Positions 23,328 through 32,621 of a stretch of 35,841 bases of DNA are shown piece by piece. The notes below the pieces were generated by a model. The model had not been told where the DNA came from. It was given only the letters and a program-made list of their open reading frames with translations, and did not search any database. Origin of the DNA: a virus; IMG/VR virus record IMGVR_UViG_3300045988_115891, positions 1 to 35,841 of that record, one strand, 5' to 3'. How positions within the stretch are numbered: position 1 is the first letter of the stretch; each line of letters begins with the position of its first letter. The position numbers were made by a program, and so were the translations under genes.

Positions 23328-23483
23328 CGACTATCCCGAAAGGGAGTACAGCCAAGCGGCTGGAAGTGCAAGGCTCTGTTATCGGGAAACCGATAGCCAA
23401 AGAGATAGTCTGCTCTTTATGGTGACATAAAGCAGTTCATAAGAGAACGGGTACAGCGTAGCGAACTGTATCGAACATAAATG

Positions 23484-24890
23484 TATGGTGGCACTAAGGA
23501 AGAAATGGCTCGATTAATCGCTGACGCATCAAAAATGACCAATGTGCAAAAGGAACTTGGCGTAACGGTTGACGGTACGGATATGTCGTTTGCAAACATT
23601 GTAAACGCAATCCACGTTGTGCAAGCAAATCTTGACATTATGGGTACGACATCGAAAGAAGCGTCAACAACAATACAAGGCTCTATCAGCAGTATGAAGT
23701 CGGCGTGGGAAAATTTGCTTGTAGGCATAGCGGACGATAAGCAGGACTTCGGCAAGCTGATTGATAACTTTGTTGACAGCGTTGCAACGGTCGGTAAAAA
23801 CATAATGCCGAGGCTGAAGAAAATCCTTAAGGGAGTAGCAAAGCTAATAAAGGAAATCGTTCCCGAAGTGGCAAAAATGCTTCCCGAAATCGTAAACGAT
23901 ATTCTCCCCGACCTTGCAAATGCGGCGGTTGACATCGTTAAAGGGCTTGTTGACGCTTTAGTAGACAACGCAGACACGCTGTTAGATACCGGTATCAAAA
24001 TCCTTGACACGATAATCAACGGCATAATCGAATGTATACCAAAAATTAAAGATTTAATTCCCACGATTATAAACGCAATACTCCGCATAATTGATGTTTT
24101 AACAGAACACCTTGATGAGTTTATTGAGGGCGGTATACAGATAGCACTTGCGTTGTTAGACGGTATAATTCAAGCAGTACCGAAAATCCTTGAGAAGTTA
24201 CCCGAAATTTGCCAAAAAATAATTGACGGTGTTTTACAGGGCTTGTTCGGACTTGACGAAGGCGTGTCAAACACGTTCAGCACGGCTTTTGGGGGTGCCG
24301 TAGGTGGCGCGATTGAGATAATCAAGGGCATTTTATCGTTCTTAAACGGTGACTTTAGCACAGGACTTAAAAGTGCGGGCGAAGGTCTAAGCAATATTGT
24401 AGGCGGCGTTCTCGGAATCATTGACGGCTTGCTTGGAACAAGTTTGTCGCAATGGTATGACGATACAAGAGCATTTTTTAATCAATTTGGGCAGGATTTG
24501 TACAACATGACGCACCAGATGGAGCTTGCGAAACTTGAGGAAGGCGAACGTTTACAAGAGCAGACAAGCGGAGTAGGAATTACTGCAAACGAGTATATGC
24601 GACAGGGTTTAGCGGCGGCTGATGCTTTCGCAAAGGCTCTAAGCGATAAAGGCATAAACGAAGCGATATGGCAGGAAGCTGTTGAAAAGGGTATCGTCAC
24701 TTATGATGTAAACGAAGCGTACCAAACGTTAAAGGAGACAGGGCAGATAAAGACCGCAACAGCCGAAGGAACGTCAAATCAGATAAATGTGTCAATGAAA
24801 TTGCATAACGGTGTCGAGCTGGCAAGAGCGACAGCATATGATAATAGCAAGGCAAATCGTGTTGCGGGCAGGCAGATACCTGCGTACTAA
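23484..24890 (+). CDS. tail tape measure protein, exon 2
   Basis: It begins YGGTKEEMARLIADASKMT... in frame with exon 1 after splicing. The apparent ATG at 23481 consists of the last three intron nucleotides. The C-terminal part is repetitive and helical. Confidence 0.8.
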   Translation, partial: YGGTKEEMARLIADASKMTNVQKELGVTVDGTDMSFANIVNAIHVVQANLDIMGTTSKEASTTIQGSISSMKSAWENLLVGIADDKQDFGKLIDNFVDSVATVGKNIMPRLKKILKGVAKLIKEIVPEVAKMLPEIVNDILPDLANAAVDIVKGLVDALVDNADTLLDTGIKILDTIINGIIECIPKIKDLIPTIINAILRIIDVLTEHLDEFIEGGIQIALALLDGIIQAVPKILEKLPEICQKIIDGVLQGLFGLDEGVSNTFSTAFGGAVGGAIEIIKGILSFLNGDFSTGLKSAGEGLSNIVGGVLGIIDGLLGTSLSQWYDDTRAFFNQFGQDLYNMTHQMELAKLEEGERLQEQTSGVGITANEYMRQGLAAADAFAKALSDKGINEAIWQEAVEKGIVTYDVNEAYQTLKETGQIKTATAEGTSNQINVSMKLHNGVELARATAYDNSKANRVAGRQIPAY

Positions 24891-24904
24891 GGGAGGAGCA
24901 GTAA

Positions 24905-25270
24905 ATGAAGTATTATCTGAAAATAAATAACACGGAGTTTTCGAACTGCTCCGCCCTTGAGGTGACCTGCGAAAGCAGAAGTGAAAGCGTCAAAACTACG
25001 CTGTCGGGAAAATACCTTATCGACCGTATCGGCAGTACGAAGCTGAACGTGTCCGCCAAAGTAAATATGCTGTCGGAGAGCGAGATGAACGTTCTCCGCT
25101 CGGCGTATCAGAATATAAAGGCGAACGTTACGTTTTATTACGGTGCAGAGCTTGTGACAAAATCAATGCGTATCAATCCGTTTGACGAGCCTTCACCCTT
25201 GCCGTATTATAACAACAGAGCAAACGGCTATGTATACGGCTCGGTCGAACTGGAACTGGAGGAAATGTAA
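24905..25270 (+). CDS. tail component in the distal-tail-protein position (121 aa)
   Basis: RBS GGGAGGAG. It lies directly after the tape-measure gene. Confidence 0.5.
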   Translation: MKYYLKINNTEFSNCSALEVTCESRSESVKTTLSGKYLIDRIGSTKLNVSAKVNMLSESEMNVLRSAYQNIKANVTFYYGAELVTKSMRINPFDEPSPLPYYNNRANGYVYGSVELELEEM

Positions 25271-28164
25271 TGCGTAACTTATCGACAGCATATAAAACAT
25301 CTGCGAGCGGCGACACAAGAAATTACACAATAAACTTGCACGTTTGGAAAAAGACAGTTGACGATAACGGCAATGTGTCTTTCCCTGCGGATACAGAAGC
25401 GGTCTATACTTCGAGTGACAGCTTGATTTCGATGTCAATCGTTGACGGTCAGACATCGGGCAATTCGTTTCAGCTCGGTCAGACTTTTTGCCCGATAATA
25501 TCTTTCACGACCGTGCCGAATCTGAACATCAAGACAGGCGATAAGGTACAAGTCGAGTTAGTCTTTACATCGACTGCAAGAGCCATACTTGCGACAGGGT
25601 ACGTTGATGAGTACAGTTATGACAGTATCGATTATGCGGTATCGTATACGGCATATGGCAAAATGTTACAGCTTGATAAAGACTACAATTCTGCGTTGAC
25701 ATATCCTGCGACATTTTCTGCTGTGGTCAACGAAATCTGTTCGCAGAATGGCTTGACCTTTGACACGTTTACTTGGAAATGCAATGCAAAGCTTAAAGCG
25801 AAGCCTATTTTCGGCAACCTTGACAATGGCGACCCTGCATACGCTTCCGCTCGTGAGATGCTCGGAATAATCGCAGGTGTGAACGGCTGTAATGTAGTTA
25901 TCGGGGCAGACGAAAAGGTAAAATTTGTCCCGTACACAGACACAAAAACAGGCATAACGTATGAGGACGCATTTTCCCGTCAAGTCAATAACGAGAAATA
26001 CATTATCAAGAAAGCAGTGCTTAACGACGGCGGTCAGACGACTGGCGATGAAGCAGGATATGTTGAACTATACTTTCCGCTCGAAACGGTCGAAGGGAAG
26101 GCGAGTTGCCTTGAAAAGCTTAACAGCGTTATAACTGGTCTATCTGTTATGGGTATGACGGTGCAAACGCAGGGAAAAGGATATTACGAAATCGGGGATA
26201 TGTTGTCTTACACCGATTTTGACGGCGAAAAATATACGATTGGCGTGATGGGCATAAAGTACGACTTTAGCGGTGGGTATTTTACCGAAACGCTTTACTC
26301 CCTCGCTCCGTCCGAGATGGAAGAACAGCATAAAGGAAACGTAAGATATTCTTCGGCGAGTACAACGTTGAAGAATCCTGTTGTTATTTCCGAAAATACA
26401 AGCTCGTATCTCGGTTATCAGTATCACACGATAGGTTATCGCAAGGGCGATAAAATAACGTATGGCTTAGATGGAGGAAATCCCGATATTATCGTGCAAG
26501 GGTACAAAGCCGCATATAACCCTGGCGGAATAGGCGCACTGTGCGGCAATTTTAACGTTGTTAACAGCATTTATGGTGCGCACACAACTTACGCCACTGC
26601 GGTCACAAAACTTGACTTTTACTTGGAGATAACACGAGTTATCCAGTATACAGAATACACAGACTATTGGATAAATCTAATATCTGAGTACACGACAAAA
26701 GACAACAAAACAACAAAGAAAATTGAATCGAGTGTAAAAGCAAGACACGGCAATTTTTCGCCAGCGTTACTATGGGAAAATATTTATCCTCCGTCTACCG
26801 CTTATCCTAACGGCTATGCAGTGATATTGTATGGAATAAATTATCACAATACCTTGTCTGCTAATCCAGAAGTATACATATTTAGATCGGCAAATAGAGC
26901 GGGGGTTTCATTCTCGTCAATCGCAGAATACAACGCCGCTGTACAGCTTTCGGGCGAACCGCTGACGATGTACGACATAACGCAAGACGTTATGAAGATA
27001 GGCGAGGCTGACGAGCCTACAGACCTACCGACTATAGGTGATGTCGATACACTTTATATCACCTATCAGCCCCCTGCGTGTTGGAAGTATAGCACAATAA
27101 CGAACAAGTATTACTGTGTCGGCAGAAACTACCGTGAGTTACAGCGTATCAAGTCGAGTACCGAAGCAAGCAACGCTCTTGAAGTGTTTAACGTCCCTGT
27201 GATTTTTGATTGCCGTTCCAAAACCGAGTGGGAATTGGAAGCAAACACAGTCTACCCGAAAGGCTTTATGATTTTTGAGCAGGAAGCAGACACAAGGGAA
27301 GTGACAAAGCTAAAAATTGCCAACGGCATTGACAAACTGAGCGTTTTGAAGTATACTAATGTTACGGAAAGCGAATTGCCAACAAAAACCAGTCAGTTGG
27401 AAAATGACAGCGGTTTTTTGACGGAAGAAACAGACCCGACAGTGCCCGCATGGGCTAAAGCCGAGAATAAACCTGCGTATACGGCAAGCGAGGTCGGGCT
27501 TGGCAACGTGGACAACACCGCAGACATAGACAAGCCTGTATCGACAGCGACACAGGCGGCACTTGATAGCAAGGATTACCTCAAAGCTGCAGAAATAACT
27601 GGGCAGACTATTGATTTAAACGATATTATGCTGAACACGGCATCAGATAAGGGCAAGAGTCAGCGGTATTTCTGCGCATCGGCATCCGCACAGAATATAT
27701 CAAACCGCCCCGTGTCTGCAAACGAGCCTTTTGAGCTTACTGTTGACAATATTCGCTATGTAAATGCCGACGCATTTAACAGCGTCCAGAGATATACGTC
27801 CGTTATCAGAAAGCGGTCATACACGCGTTGGTGTAACGACAATGTATGGCAAGCGTGGATGTGCGACACGGATATAATTATATATGGTACTGTAACGTCG
27901 GAGTTGCCTAAAAGTTTTGACTATGCCACATATGGCGAAGGTTATAATCAGGTAGAGGTTGAGCCATACTATGATAATAACACAAGCCCTGTCAGAAACC
28001 GTATTGTTTTGACGTTGACAAGTGCCACGTCCTACGACAGAGATGTGCTGACGGTCGGCGATTCTGTCGAGCATCTGAAAATCGAGAACGGCACCGTTAC
28101 GATGTCATTGACAGGAACAAAAACCCTGTCATTTATGATAAAATACACTAACAAGAGAGCGTAG
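25270..28164 (+). CDS. large tail tip / receptor-binding (fiber) protein, 964 aa
   Basis: It is the longest ORF and lies downstream of the TMP. It has an ATGTAATG overlap with the previous gene. Confidence 0.7.
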   Translation: MRNLSTAYKTSASGDTRNYTINLHVWKKTVDDNGNVSFPADTEAVYTSSDSLISMSIVDGQTSGNSFQLGQTFCPIISFTTVPNLNIKTGDKVQVELVFTSTARAILATGYVDEYSYDSIDYAVSYTAYGKMLQLDKDYNSALTYPATFSAVVNEICSQNGLTFDTFTWKCNAKLKAKPIFGNLDNGDPAYASAREMLGIIAGVNGCNVVIGADEKVKFVPYTDTKTGITYEDAFSRQVNNEKYIIKKAVLNDGGQTTGDEAGYVELYFPLETVEGKASCLEKLNSVITGLSVMGMTVQTQGKGYYEIGDMLSYTDFDGEKYTIGVMGIKYDFSGGYFTETLYSLAPSEMEEQHKGNVRYSSASTTLKNPVVISENTSSYLGYQYHTIGYRKGDKITYGLDGGNPDIIVQGYKAAYNPGGIGALCGNFNVVNSIYGAHTTYATAVTKLDFYLEITRVIQYTEYTDYWINLISEYTTKDNKTTKKIESSVKARHGNFSPALLWENIYPPSTAYPNGYAVILYGINYHNTLSANPEVYIFRSANRAGVSFSSIAEYNAAVQLSGEPLTMYDITQDVMKIGEADEPTDLPTIGDVDTLYITYQPPACWKYSTITNKYYCVGRNYRELQRIKSSTEASNALEVFNVPVIFDCRSKTEWELEANTVYPKGFMIFEQEADTREVTKLKIANGIDKLSVLKYTNVTESELPTKTSQLENDSGFLTEETDPTVPAWAKAENKPAYTASEVGLGNVDNTADIDKPVSTATQAALDSKDYLKAAEITGQTIDLNDIMLNTASDKGKSQRYFCASASAQNISNRPVSANEPFELTVDNIRYVNADAFNSVQRYTSVIRKRSYTRWCNDNVWQAWMCDTDIIIYGTVTSELPKSFDYATYGEGYNQVEVEPYYDNNTSPVRNRIVLTLTSATSYDRDVLTVGDSVEHLKIENGTVTMSLTGTKTLSFMIKYTNKRA

Positions 28165-28350
28165 GTGATGAAAATGCAGATATTTCCGGACGGAACGTTT
28201 GTCCTCGGTGGTATCGAGACTGAGGATGCAGTAATGGAGGGCGCAAGAATTATCCCGGATGACAGCGAGGAAGCGCTCGCAATACTCGCAAAGCAGGGAA
28301 AAGAAGAAATCGGCACAACCGCCGAGGAAGAGAGCGCAGATGGAGAGTAA
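28165..28350 (+). CDS. small acidic hypothetical protein (about 60 aa)
   Basis: ORF directly after the fiber gene. The start is ambiguous: GTG 28165, ATG 28168 or ATG 28174. Confidence 0.45.
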   Translation: MMKMQIFPDGTFVLGGIETEDAVMEGARIIPDDSEEALAILAKQGKEEIGTTAEEESADGE

Positions 28351-28573
28351 CATAATCGTTGCGGGCATTTCGCTGATAGGAACGCTTGTAGGCTCTGCGA
28401 GCGGTGTTCTTGTCAGCGGGAAACTTACAAATTTTAGGATAAAACAATTGGAAGAAAAAGTCGCCCGACATAACAATTTTGCCGAGCGGCTACCAGTCGT
28501 TGAAGAGCATATTAAAGGTATGGATAAAAGAATTTCGGAGCTTGAAAGTGAGGTGAAAAAGCGTGAAGATTGA
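28340..28573 (+). CDS. holin-like protein with an N-terminal TM segment and a coiled coil (BhlA/XhlA-like architecture)
   Basis: MESNIIVAGISLIGTLVGSASGVLV is followed by a charged helix. The ATG at 28340 lies within track ORF 28259..28573. Confidence 0.55.
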   Translation: MESNIIVAGISLIGTLVGSASGVLVSGKLTNFRIKQLEEKVARHNNFAERLPVVEEHIKGMDKRISELESEVKKRED

Positions 28574-28778
28574 CTGGAAGAGAAAGCTGACATCAAGAAA
28601 GCTGTGGCTTGCGATTGCGGGATTTGTGACTGGTCTTATAGTTGCTTTCGGCGGTAGCGAGAACACGGCGAACACGGTCAGCGGATGTATTATGTCGGGT
28701 GCGGCGGTAATTGCCTATACGATAGGTGAAGGACTTGCAGACAGCTCAAACGGTAGCAAAGGGGGAAAAGAAGAATGA
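28563..28778 (+). CDS. holin (two TM segments)
   Basis: GTG start 7 nt after GAGGTG. Hydrophobic segments KLWLAIAGFVTGLIVAFG and VSGCIMSGAAVIAYTIG. It lies directly upstream of the endolysin. Confidence 0.65.
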   Translation: MKIDWKRKLTSRKLWLAIAGFVTGLIVAFGGSENTANTVSGCIMSGAAVIAYTIGEGLADSSNGSKGGKEE

Positions 28779-29644
28779 CAGGCAGAATGAATTTTAAACG
28801 CCACGTTCTCGAAACGAACGCCGAATACTGCACGGCTGACTACGGCACTCGTCAGCCCGATTACCCGTCACATCACGGAATGGACTTCGTGAACGATTTA
28901 GGCGGCGTATGTCATGCAGTAGCGGTAGCAGACGGCGAAGTTGTTTATGTGCAGAACGGCATTGAGGGCTTTGACAGCGTGACTTACACGGCAGGAAACT
29001 ATGTCAAGATACTGCACGAAAACGGTACGATTACTCGTTATCTGCACTTAAGAAACGGCTCTATCTGCGTTAGGATAGGCGATAAAGTCAAGGCAGGTGA
29101 CAAGCTCGGTGTTGAGGGTAACACGGGATACTCTTACGGAACACATCTGCATTTTGACGTGCAGGTCGGAAACGATTATGTTGACCCTCTGTCGTATCTG
29201 ACAGGCGAGAAGGACTTCGGCAATGAAAAGCCCTCCGACCAGTCGGAAATCAAAATCGGTGACAGGGTGAGGATGAAGCCGGGTGCAACGTTCTCGGACG
29301 GGACGAAGCCGTTTGACTACGTTTACGAACAGATTTTCGAAGTATATAACACATCCCGTAATGGTAAAGAAGCCCTGATAGGCTTATCAGGCGATTATAC
29401 GGGTTGGGTATACCTTGCAGACCTCGAAAAAGTGTCAAGTACCGCCACGCAGAAGAAAAGCATCAAGGTAGGCGACACGGTAAAAGTCAAGTCAGGAGCA
29501 AAAACGTATAACGGCGGCTCTTTAGCGGTATTTGTCTACACGCAGAAGTATAAGGTTATGGAGCTAAAGGGCGACAGAGCGGTTATCGGTCAGCACGGAC
29601 AGGTAACAGCGGCGGTTAATAAAGCTGACCTTACGGCTGTGTGA
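28775..29644 (+). CDS. endolysin: M23 metallopeptidase domain plus two C-terminal SH3-like repeats
   Basis: Motifs HHGMDF and GNTGYSYGTHLHFDV. The C-terminus contains duplicated IKIGDRVRMKPGA... and IKVGDTVKVKSGA... segments. Confidence 0.85.
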   Translation: MTGRMNFKRHVLETNAEYCTADYGTRQPDYPSHHGMDFVNDLGGVCHAVAVADGEVVYVQNGIEGFDSVTYTAGNYVKILHENGTITRYLHLRNGSICVRIGDKVKAGDKLGVEGNTGYSYGTHLHFDVQVGNDYVDPLSYLTGEKDFGNEKPSDQSEIKIGDRVRMKPGATFSDGTKPFDYVYEQIFEVYNTSRNGKEALIGLSGDYTGWVYLADLEKVSSTATQKKSIKVGDTVKVKSGAKTYNGGSLAVFVYTQKYKVMELKGDRAVIGQHGQVTAAVNKADLTAV

Positions 29645-29673
29645 TGTGCGTATTTAACGCAGAAAGGCTCAAA

Positions 29674-29898
29674 ATGGACGATAAGACGCAGATACCTTAT
29701 ATAGTGTATGAAGCTGAAATGACACGCTCAGAGCGCAATTTTAAGCGTTTATGGGTGGTTGTGATTATTCTTATATCGTTACTGGTTACAACCAATTTAT
29801 GTTGGTTAGCGTATGAAAGTCAGTTTGAAACGGTCGAGCAGACAACAGAGATAAGCGCAGAGCAAGACGGTAGCGGTGTAAATATAGTCGGCGCATGA
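29674..29898 (+). CDS. single-pass membrane protein (74 aa), lysis-module associated
   Basis: ATG at 29674 follows GAAAGG. TM segment LWVVVIILISLLVTTNLCWLAY. Confidence 0.5.
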   Translation: MDDKTQIPYIVYEAEMTRSERNFKRLWVVVIILISLLVTTNLCWLAYESQFETVEQTTEISAEQDGSGVNIVGA

Positions 29899-29908
29899 GA
29901 TGTTGATT

Positions 29909-30028
29909 ATGGCACAGAAAGTTAGCATCAAGAGAACCGTAAAAACACGAGTGCGCAAAGCAAGCCCGTCCGCTCAGTATAAGAAATGCCCACGATGCAA
30001 CGGACTTGGGAAAATCAAAAAGGGGTAG
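29909..30028 (+). CDS. possible small basic protein with a CPRC motif (39 aa); not in the ORF track
   Basis: Hand translation: MAQKVSIKRTVKTRVRKASPSAQYKKCPRCNGLGKIKKG. It fills the gap between two genes. The RBS is weak. Confidence 0.3.
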   Translation: MAQKVSIKRTVKTRVRKASPSAQYKKCPRCNGLGKIKKG

Positions 30029-30031
30029 CCG

Positions 30032-30241
30032 ATGAAAGCAGAAGATTTCGGCAAGAGCCGTTCCGAGTGGGAAAACCTGATTGACGAGTGGGTATTTTCT
30101 GAGCGTGACAGGCGTATTTTGAAGCTCCGCTTGCTTGACGGTCTGACTTATGAGCGGCTTGCAGAAGCGGTTGATATGTCGGTAAGGCAAGTCAAAACTA
30201 TCGTGTACCGTTGCGAAAAATTGCTGATAAAGCATATATGA
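30032..30241 (+). CDS. sigma-70 region-4-like HTH protein (69 aa), putative transcription regulator
   Basis: SERDRRILKLRLLDGLTYERLAEAVDMSVRQVKTIVYRCEKLL matches the region 4.2 HTH pattern. Confidence 0.6.
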   Translation: MKAEDFGKSRSEWENLIDEWVFSERDRRILKLRLLDGLTYERLAEAVDMSVRQVKTIVYRCEKLLIKHI

Positions 30242-30248
30242 ATAAAAG

Positions 30249-30270
30249 GCAGGGCTTAGGCTCTGCTTTT
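30249..30270 (+). terminator. intrinsic terminator
   Basis: 7-bp GC-rich stem 30249..30255 / 30260..30266, then TTTT. Confidence 0.5.
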
Positions 30271-30322
30271 CATTTTGCAAAAAAAAAAAAATTAAAAATG
30301 TGAAAAAAGTGTTAAAAAAGTA

Positions 30323-30351
30323 TTGACAAATGAGCAATAATGTGTTATAAT
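30323..30351 (+). promoter_or_regulatory. sigma-A type promoter TTGACA-17-TATAAT; paralogue of the promoter at 1261
   Basis: TTGACA 30323..30328, 17-bp spacer, TATAAT 30346..30351. The same palindrome TCTATTATAGA lies at 30351..30361, with the same upstream AAAAATG-GAAAAAAGT tract. Confidence 0.8.
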
Positions 30352-30399
30352 CTATTATAGAAACAAGAGATAAGGAAACAAACACAGGAGGAAAAACAA

Positions 30400-30558
30400 A
30401 TGACAAAAGAACAGAAAATCAAGAGCATAGTTGAAGCGTATGCGGCAGTTTTCGAGGAAGAGATGAAGAAGGGAACAATGACGACTGAAAAGTATGTCGC
30501 ATTTGTGACAGCAAAGGAAGCATCAATTTTAGCAGTTATCGAAGACAGCAACAAGTAA
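30400..30558 (+). CDS. small hypothetical protein (52 aa); not in the ORF track
   Basis: AGGAGG lies 8 nt upstream. Hand translation: MTKEQKIKSIVEAYAAVFEEEMKKGTMTTEKYVAFVTAKEASILAVIEDSNK. Confidence 0.55.
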   Translation: MTKEQKIKSIVEAYAAVFEEEMKKGTMTTEKYVAFVTAKEASILAVIEDSNK

Positions 30559-30609
30559 GAAAATCACAAAGACAGCCCTTCGGGGCAACGGAGAAAGGAT
30601 AAGAAGTTT

Positions 30610-30903
30610 ATGAAACAGTATTTAATCGCAACATCGTTTACGATGAACAATGTACCGCTTGAGTACGAATACACAGTTGAAAAGTGTGATATGAGGACTT
30701 GTCACAGCAAGAACCGTGAGAAGTATGTGTGGAGCGCAAGCCTTGAAAAGCTGTTTAAACTGGCTGATACACTTGATGCGAAAATCAAGATAGGCAGAAG
30801 CGGAGAAATCCGTCTGATAATGCTTAACGGTGCAATGGCAAGATTGTTCTTGAAGCACATAAGGGAAAACGGTTGGAAAGGAGTAGAACAAAATGAACGC
30901 TGA
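30610..30903 (+). CDS. hypothetical protein (97 aa)
   Basis: RBS GAAAGGA; ORF-track ORF. Confidence 0.55.
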   Translation: MKQYLIATSFTMNNVPLEYEYTVEKCDMRTCHSKNREKYVWSASLEKLFKLADTLDAKIKIGRSGEIRLIMLNGAMARLFLKHIRENGWKGVEQNER

Positions 30904-31120
30904 ACAGGTACTGGAAGAAATTAAGGAACTCGTTTCTTCTTTTGAAGAAGAAAAAGAGAAAGCCGAGAGTGAAATTGAAAAGGTTAACGCACAAATCGCC
31001 GTTAGCAAAGGTCAGAAGCTAAACGACTTATACTGCACTTCATACTGGGTTACGAGCAGAAAAGCTACACTTGAAACAGTGGTTTTACTGCTGAAGTTAA
31101 AGCTAGACAGCCTGAAATAA
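30893..31120 (+). CDS. hypothetical coiled-coil protein (75 aa)
   Basis: RBS AAAGGAG; overlaps the upstream gene by 11 nt. Confidence 0.5.
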   Translation: MNAEQVLEEIKELVSSFEEEKEKAESEIEKVNAQIAVSKGQKLNDLYCTSYWVTSRKATLETVVLLLKLKLDSLK

Positions 31121-31170
31121 AAAAAGCAAACACCGAGCGGAGCGGTTAATCTCCGCAGAAGGAGGAAAAT

Positions 31171-31380
31171 ATGATTATTAAAGCAGGAACAAAATTAACG
31201 GTAAAGCACAGCAGAAAGGGAACATTTGAGGGCATAGCGGAAAAAGACTTTGACACGGAAACGACAGAGTTTTATCCGATTATTACGCTCGAATATGTTT
31301 GCGGAATGGTTAATAAATGGTTTGAAGGCGAACGTATTTCTTGCAGAAAAAGCTTGTGCGCAATAGTGCCGCATGAGTAA
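31171..31380 (+). CDS. hypothetical protein (69 aa)
   Basis: RBS GAAGGAGG. Confidence 0.55.
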   Translation: MIIKAGTKLTVKHSRKGTFEGIAEKDFDTETTEFYPIITLEYVCGMVNKWFEGERISCRKSLCAIVPHE

Positions 31381-31431
31381 AGAAAAGTACAAATACGAGG
31401 TATAATCCCTACAGAAAGAGAGGTTGTAGAA

Positions 31432-31719
31432 ATGTGGAAAATACACGTTGAGATTGTCAAAGCAGGCACAGGAACAAACGCAGAAAAGGTGTTTGAGGAA
31501 CTGCGTAAAAGCGGTCTGAGAAAAGGAAGATACGGTGTGCTTGCAGTTTGCGAAACGGAAGAAGACGCGCAAGCACTGGTAAGGCTTAATCCTTCGTTTT
31601 TGAATCCCTCACTTTTGAGTGGTGAAAAGAGCTTTATCGTGTATGCGCAAAAGTATGAAGGCACATCTCCGATGGACGAGTTTATCGTTTCGCAAGCGTT
31701 TGAGAAAGAGAGGTCGTAA
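31432..31719 (+). CDS. hypothetical protein (95 aa)
   Basis: RBS AGAGAGG; ORF-track ORF. Confidence 0.5.
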   Translation: MWKIHVEIVKAGTGTNAEKVFEELRKSGLRKGRYGVLAVCETEEDAQALVRLNPSFLNPSLLSGEKSFIVYAQKYEGTSPMDEFIVSQAFEKERS

Positions 31720-31721
31720 CG

Positions 31722-31973
31722 ATGAAAGCGAGAACGGTTATTCTTTTCGTGATAGCGAAGGTGATGGCTTTTGCGATTACAGCAAGTGCGGCGGTGATGT
31801 CATATCTGCCGTTAGCATACTTAGCGTATGAACAACGAGGATACTTTGCAATAGGCGGGGAAATTCTCGGGGCGTTGATTATCACCGCAGTTGTCGGTTG
31901 GGCAGCTAATGTCGTGATGAAAGACTGGTTTAGGGGTATGCTGAAACTGGTCGGAGAAGAGAAGAAAATATGA
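31722..31973 (+). CDS. membrane protein with two hydrophobic segments (83 aa)
   Basis: RBS GAGAGG. Hydrophobic stretches VILFVIAKVMAFAITASAAV and ILGALIITAVVGWAANVV. Confidence 0.5.
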   Translation: MKARTVILFVIAKVMAFAITASAAVMSYLPLAYLAYEQRGYFAIGGEILGALIITAVVGWAANVVMKDWFRGMLKLVGEEKKI

Positions 31974-32344
31974 GAGAGATTTTGTTCAGAGCAAAATTAA
32001 TGTTTAACAGAGGAATCTGGGTATACGGCGATTTTACTACAGTGGTTGGCTATTTTCCAAAAATTATATCCCATGACAATGGCGAGATGTGCGAGGTTAT
32101 TCTTGAAACTGTAGGTCAGTACATAGGACTTCTTGACAAGAACGGTACGAAGATTTTCGAAGGGGATATTGTTCGTGATGCCGAAACGTCAGATGTCGGG
32201 AAAATTTTTTTTGATAAATATGCGGCAATGTTTGTCATAGGCTTTGAAAATACGATAGCTGATTTTAATGCCAGCTATAGCTTTGAAGTTATCGGCAACA
32301 TTTACGATAATCCAGAGCTGATAGGAGGTGAAGTAAATGGCTGA
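31970..32344 (+). CDS. YopX-family protein
   Basis: The pattern ILFRAK...WVYGD...ETVGQYIGLLDKNGTKIFEGDIV...EVIGNIYDNPELI matches YopX. Confidence 0.75.
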   Translation: MREILFRAKLMFNRGIWVYGDFTTVVGYFPKIISHDNGEMCEVILETVGQYIGLLDKNGTKIFEGDIVRDAETSDVGKIFFDKYAAMFVIGFENTIADFNASYSFEVIGNIYDNPELIGGEVNG

Positions 32345-32621
32345 GTATATTAAGCGCAAAGATTTGTTGGAAATAATTGACGATATAGCAAAAGATGAAA
32401 CTTGTCCTACGAATATCGCAGAAGATATTTATTATGCTGTAGACAGCACACCTGCGGCAGATGTCGAGCCTGTAAAGCACGGACACTGGACGGAAACAGT
32501 CATTCCCGGGGAAGTTCCTGATTATGACTGCGTGTGTAGTTTATGTGGGAAAAGCGGATTGCCGATATATAATTTTTGCCCTAATTGCGGAGCAAAGATG
32601 GAAGAGGAGAACGGAGAATGA
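32337..32621 (+). CDS. hypothetical protein with a C-terminal zinc ribbon (94 aa)
   Basis: RBS AGGAGGTG. Motif CSLCGK...FCPNCG. Confidence 0.55.
   Translation: MAEYIKRKDLLEIIDDIAKDETCPTNIAEDIYYAVDSTPAADVEPVKHGHWTETVIPGEVPDYDCVCSLCGKSGLPIYNFCPNCGAKMEEENGE

Larger units (their letters stand above)
22650..23483 (+). mobile_element. group I self-splicing intron (834 nt) carrying an HNH homing-endonuclease ORF
   Basis: The 5' exon ends in U and the intron ends in G. The guide sequence CACCAU-U-GCUCAG (22680..22692) pairs with the 3' exon AUGGUG (23485..23490) and the 5' exon CUGGGU (22644..22649). GNRA hairpins lie at 23334..23345 and 23380..23395. Confidence 0.8.

Noticed and set aside
23417-24088. 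A 223-aa minus-strand ORF inside tape-measure exon 2.
   Set aside because: It is antisense to a repetitive, biased coding region. It is low-complexity Ser/Ile-rich and has no translation signals.
29786-30406. A 206-aa minus-strand ORF spanning several small + strand genes, a terminator and the promoter at 30323.
   Set aside because: It crosses + strand regulatory elements, has no RBS, and has hydrophobic low-complexity content derived from A/T-rich intergenic sequence.
31401-31429. An isolated TATAAT followed by a CTACA...TGTAG pair upstream of gene 31432, considered as a third heptamer site.
   Set aside because: There is only one short 5-bp pair, it overlaps the RBS, and there is no -35 element. 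This is compatible with chance.
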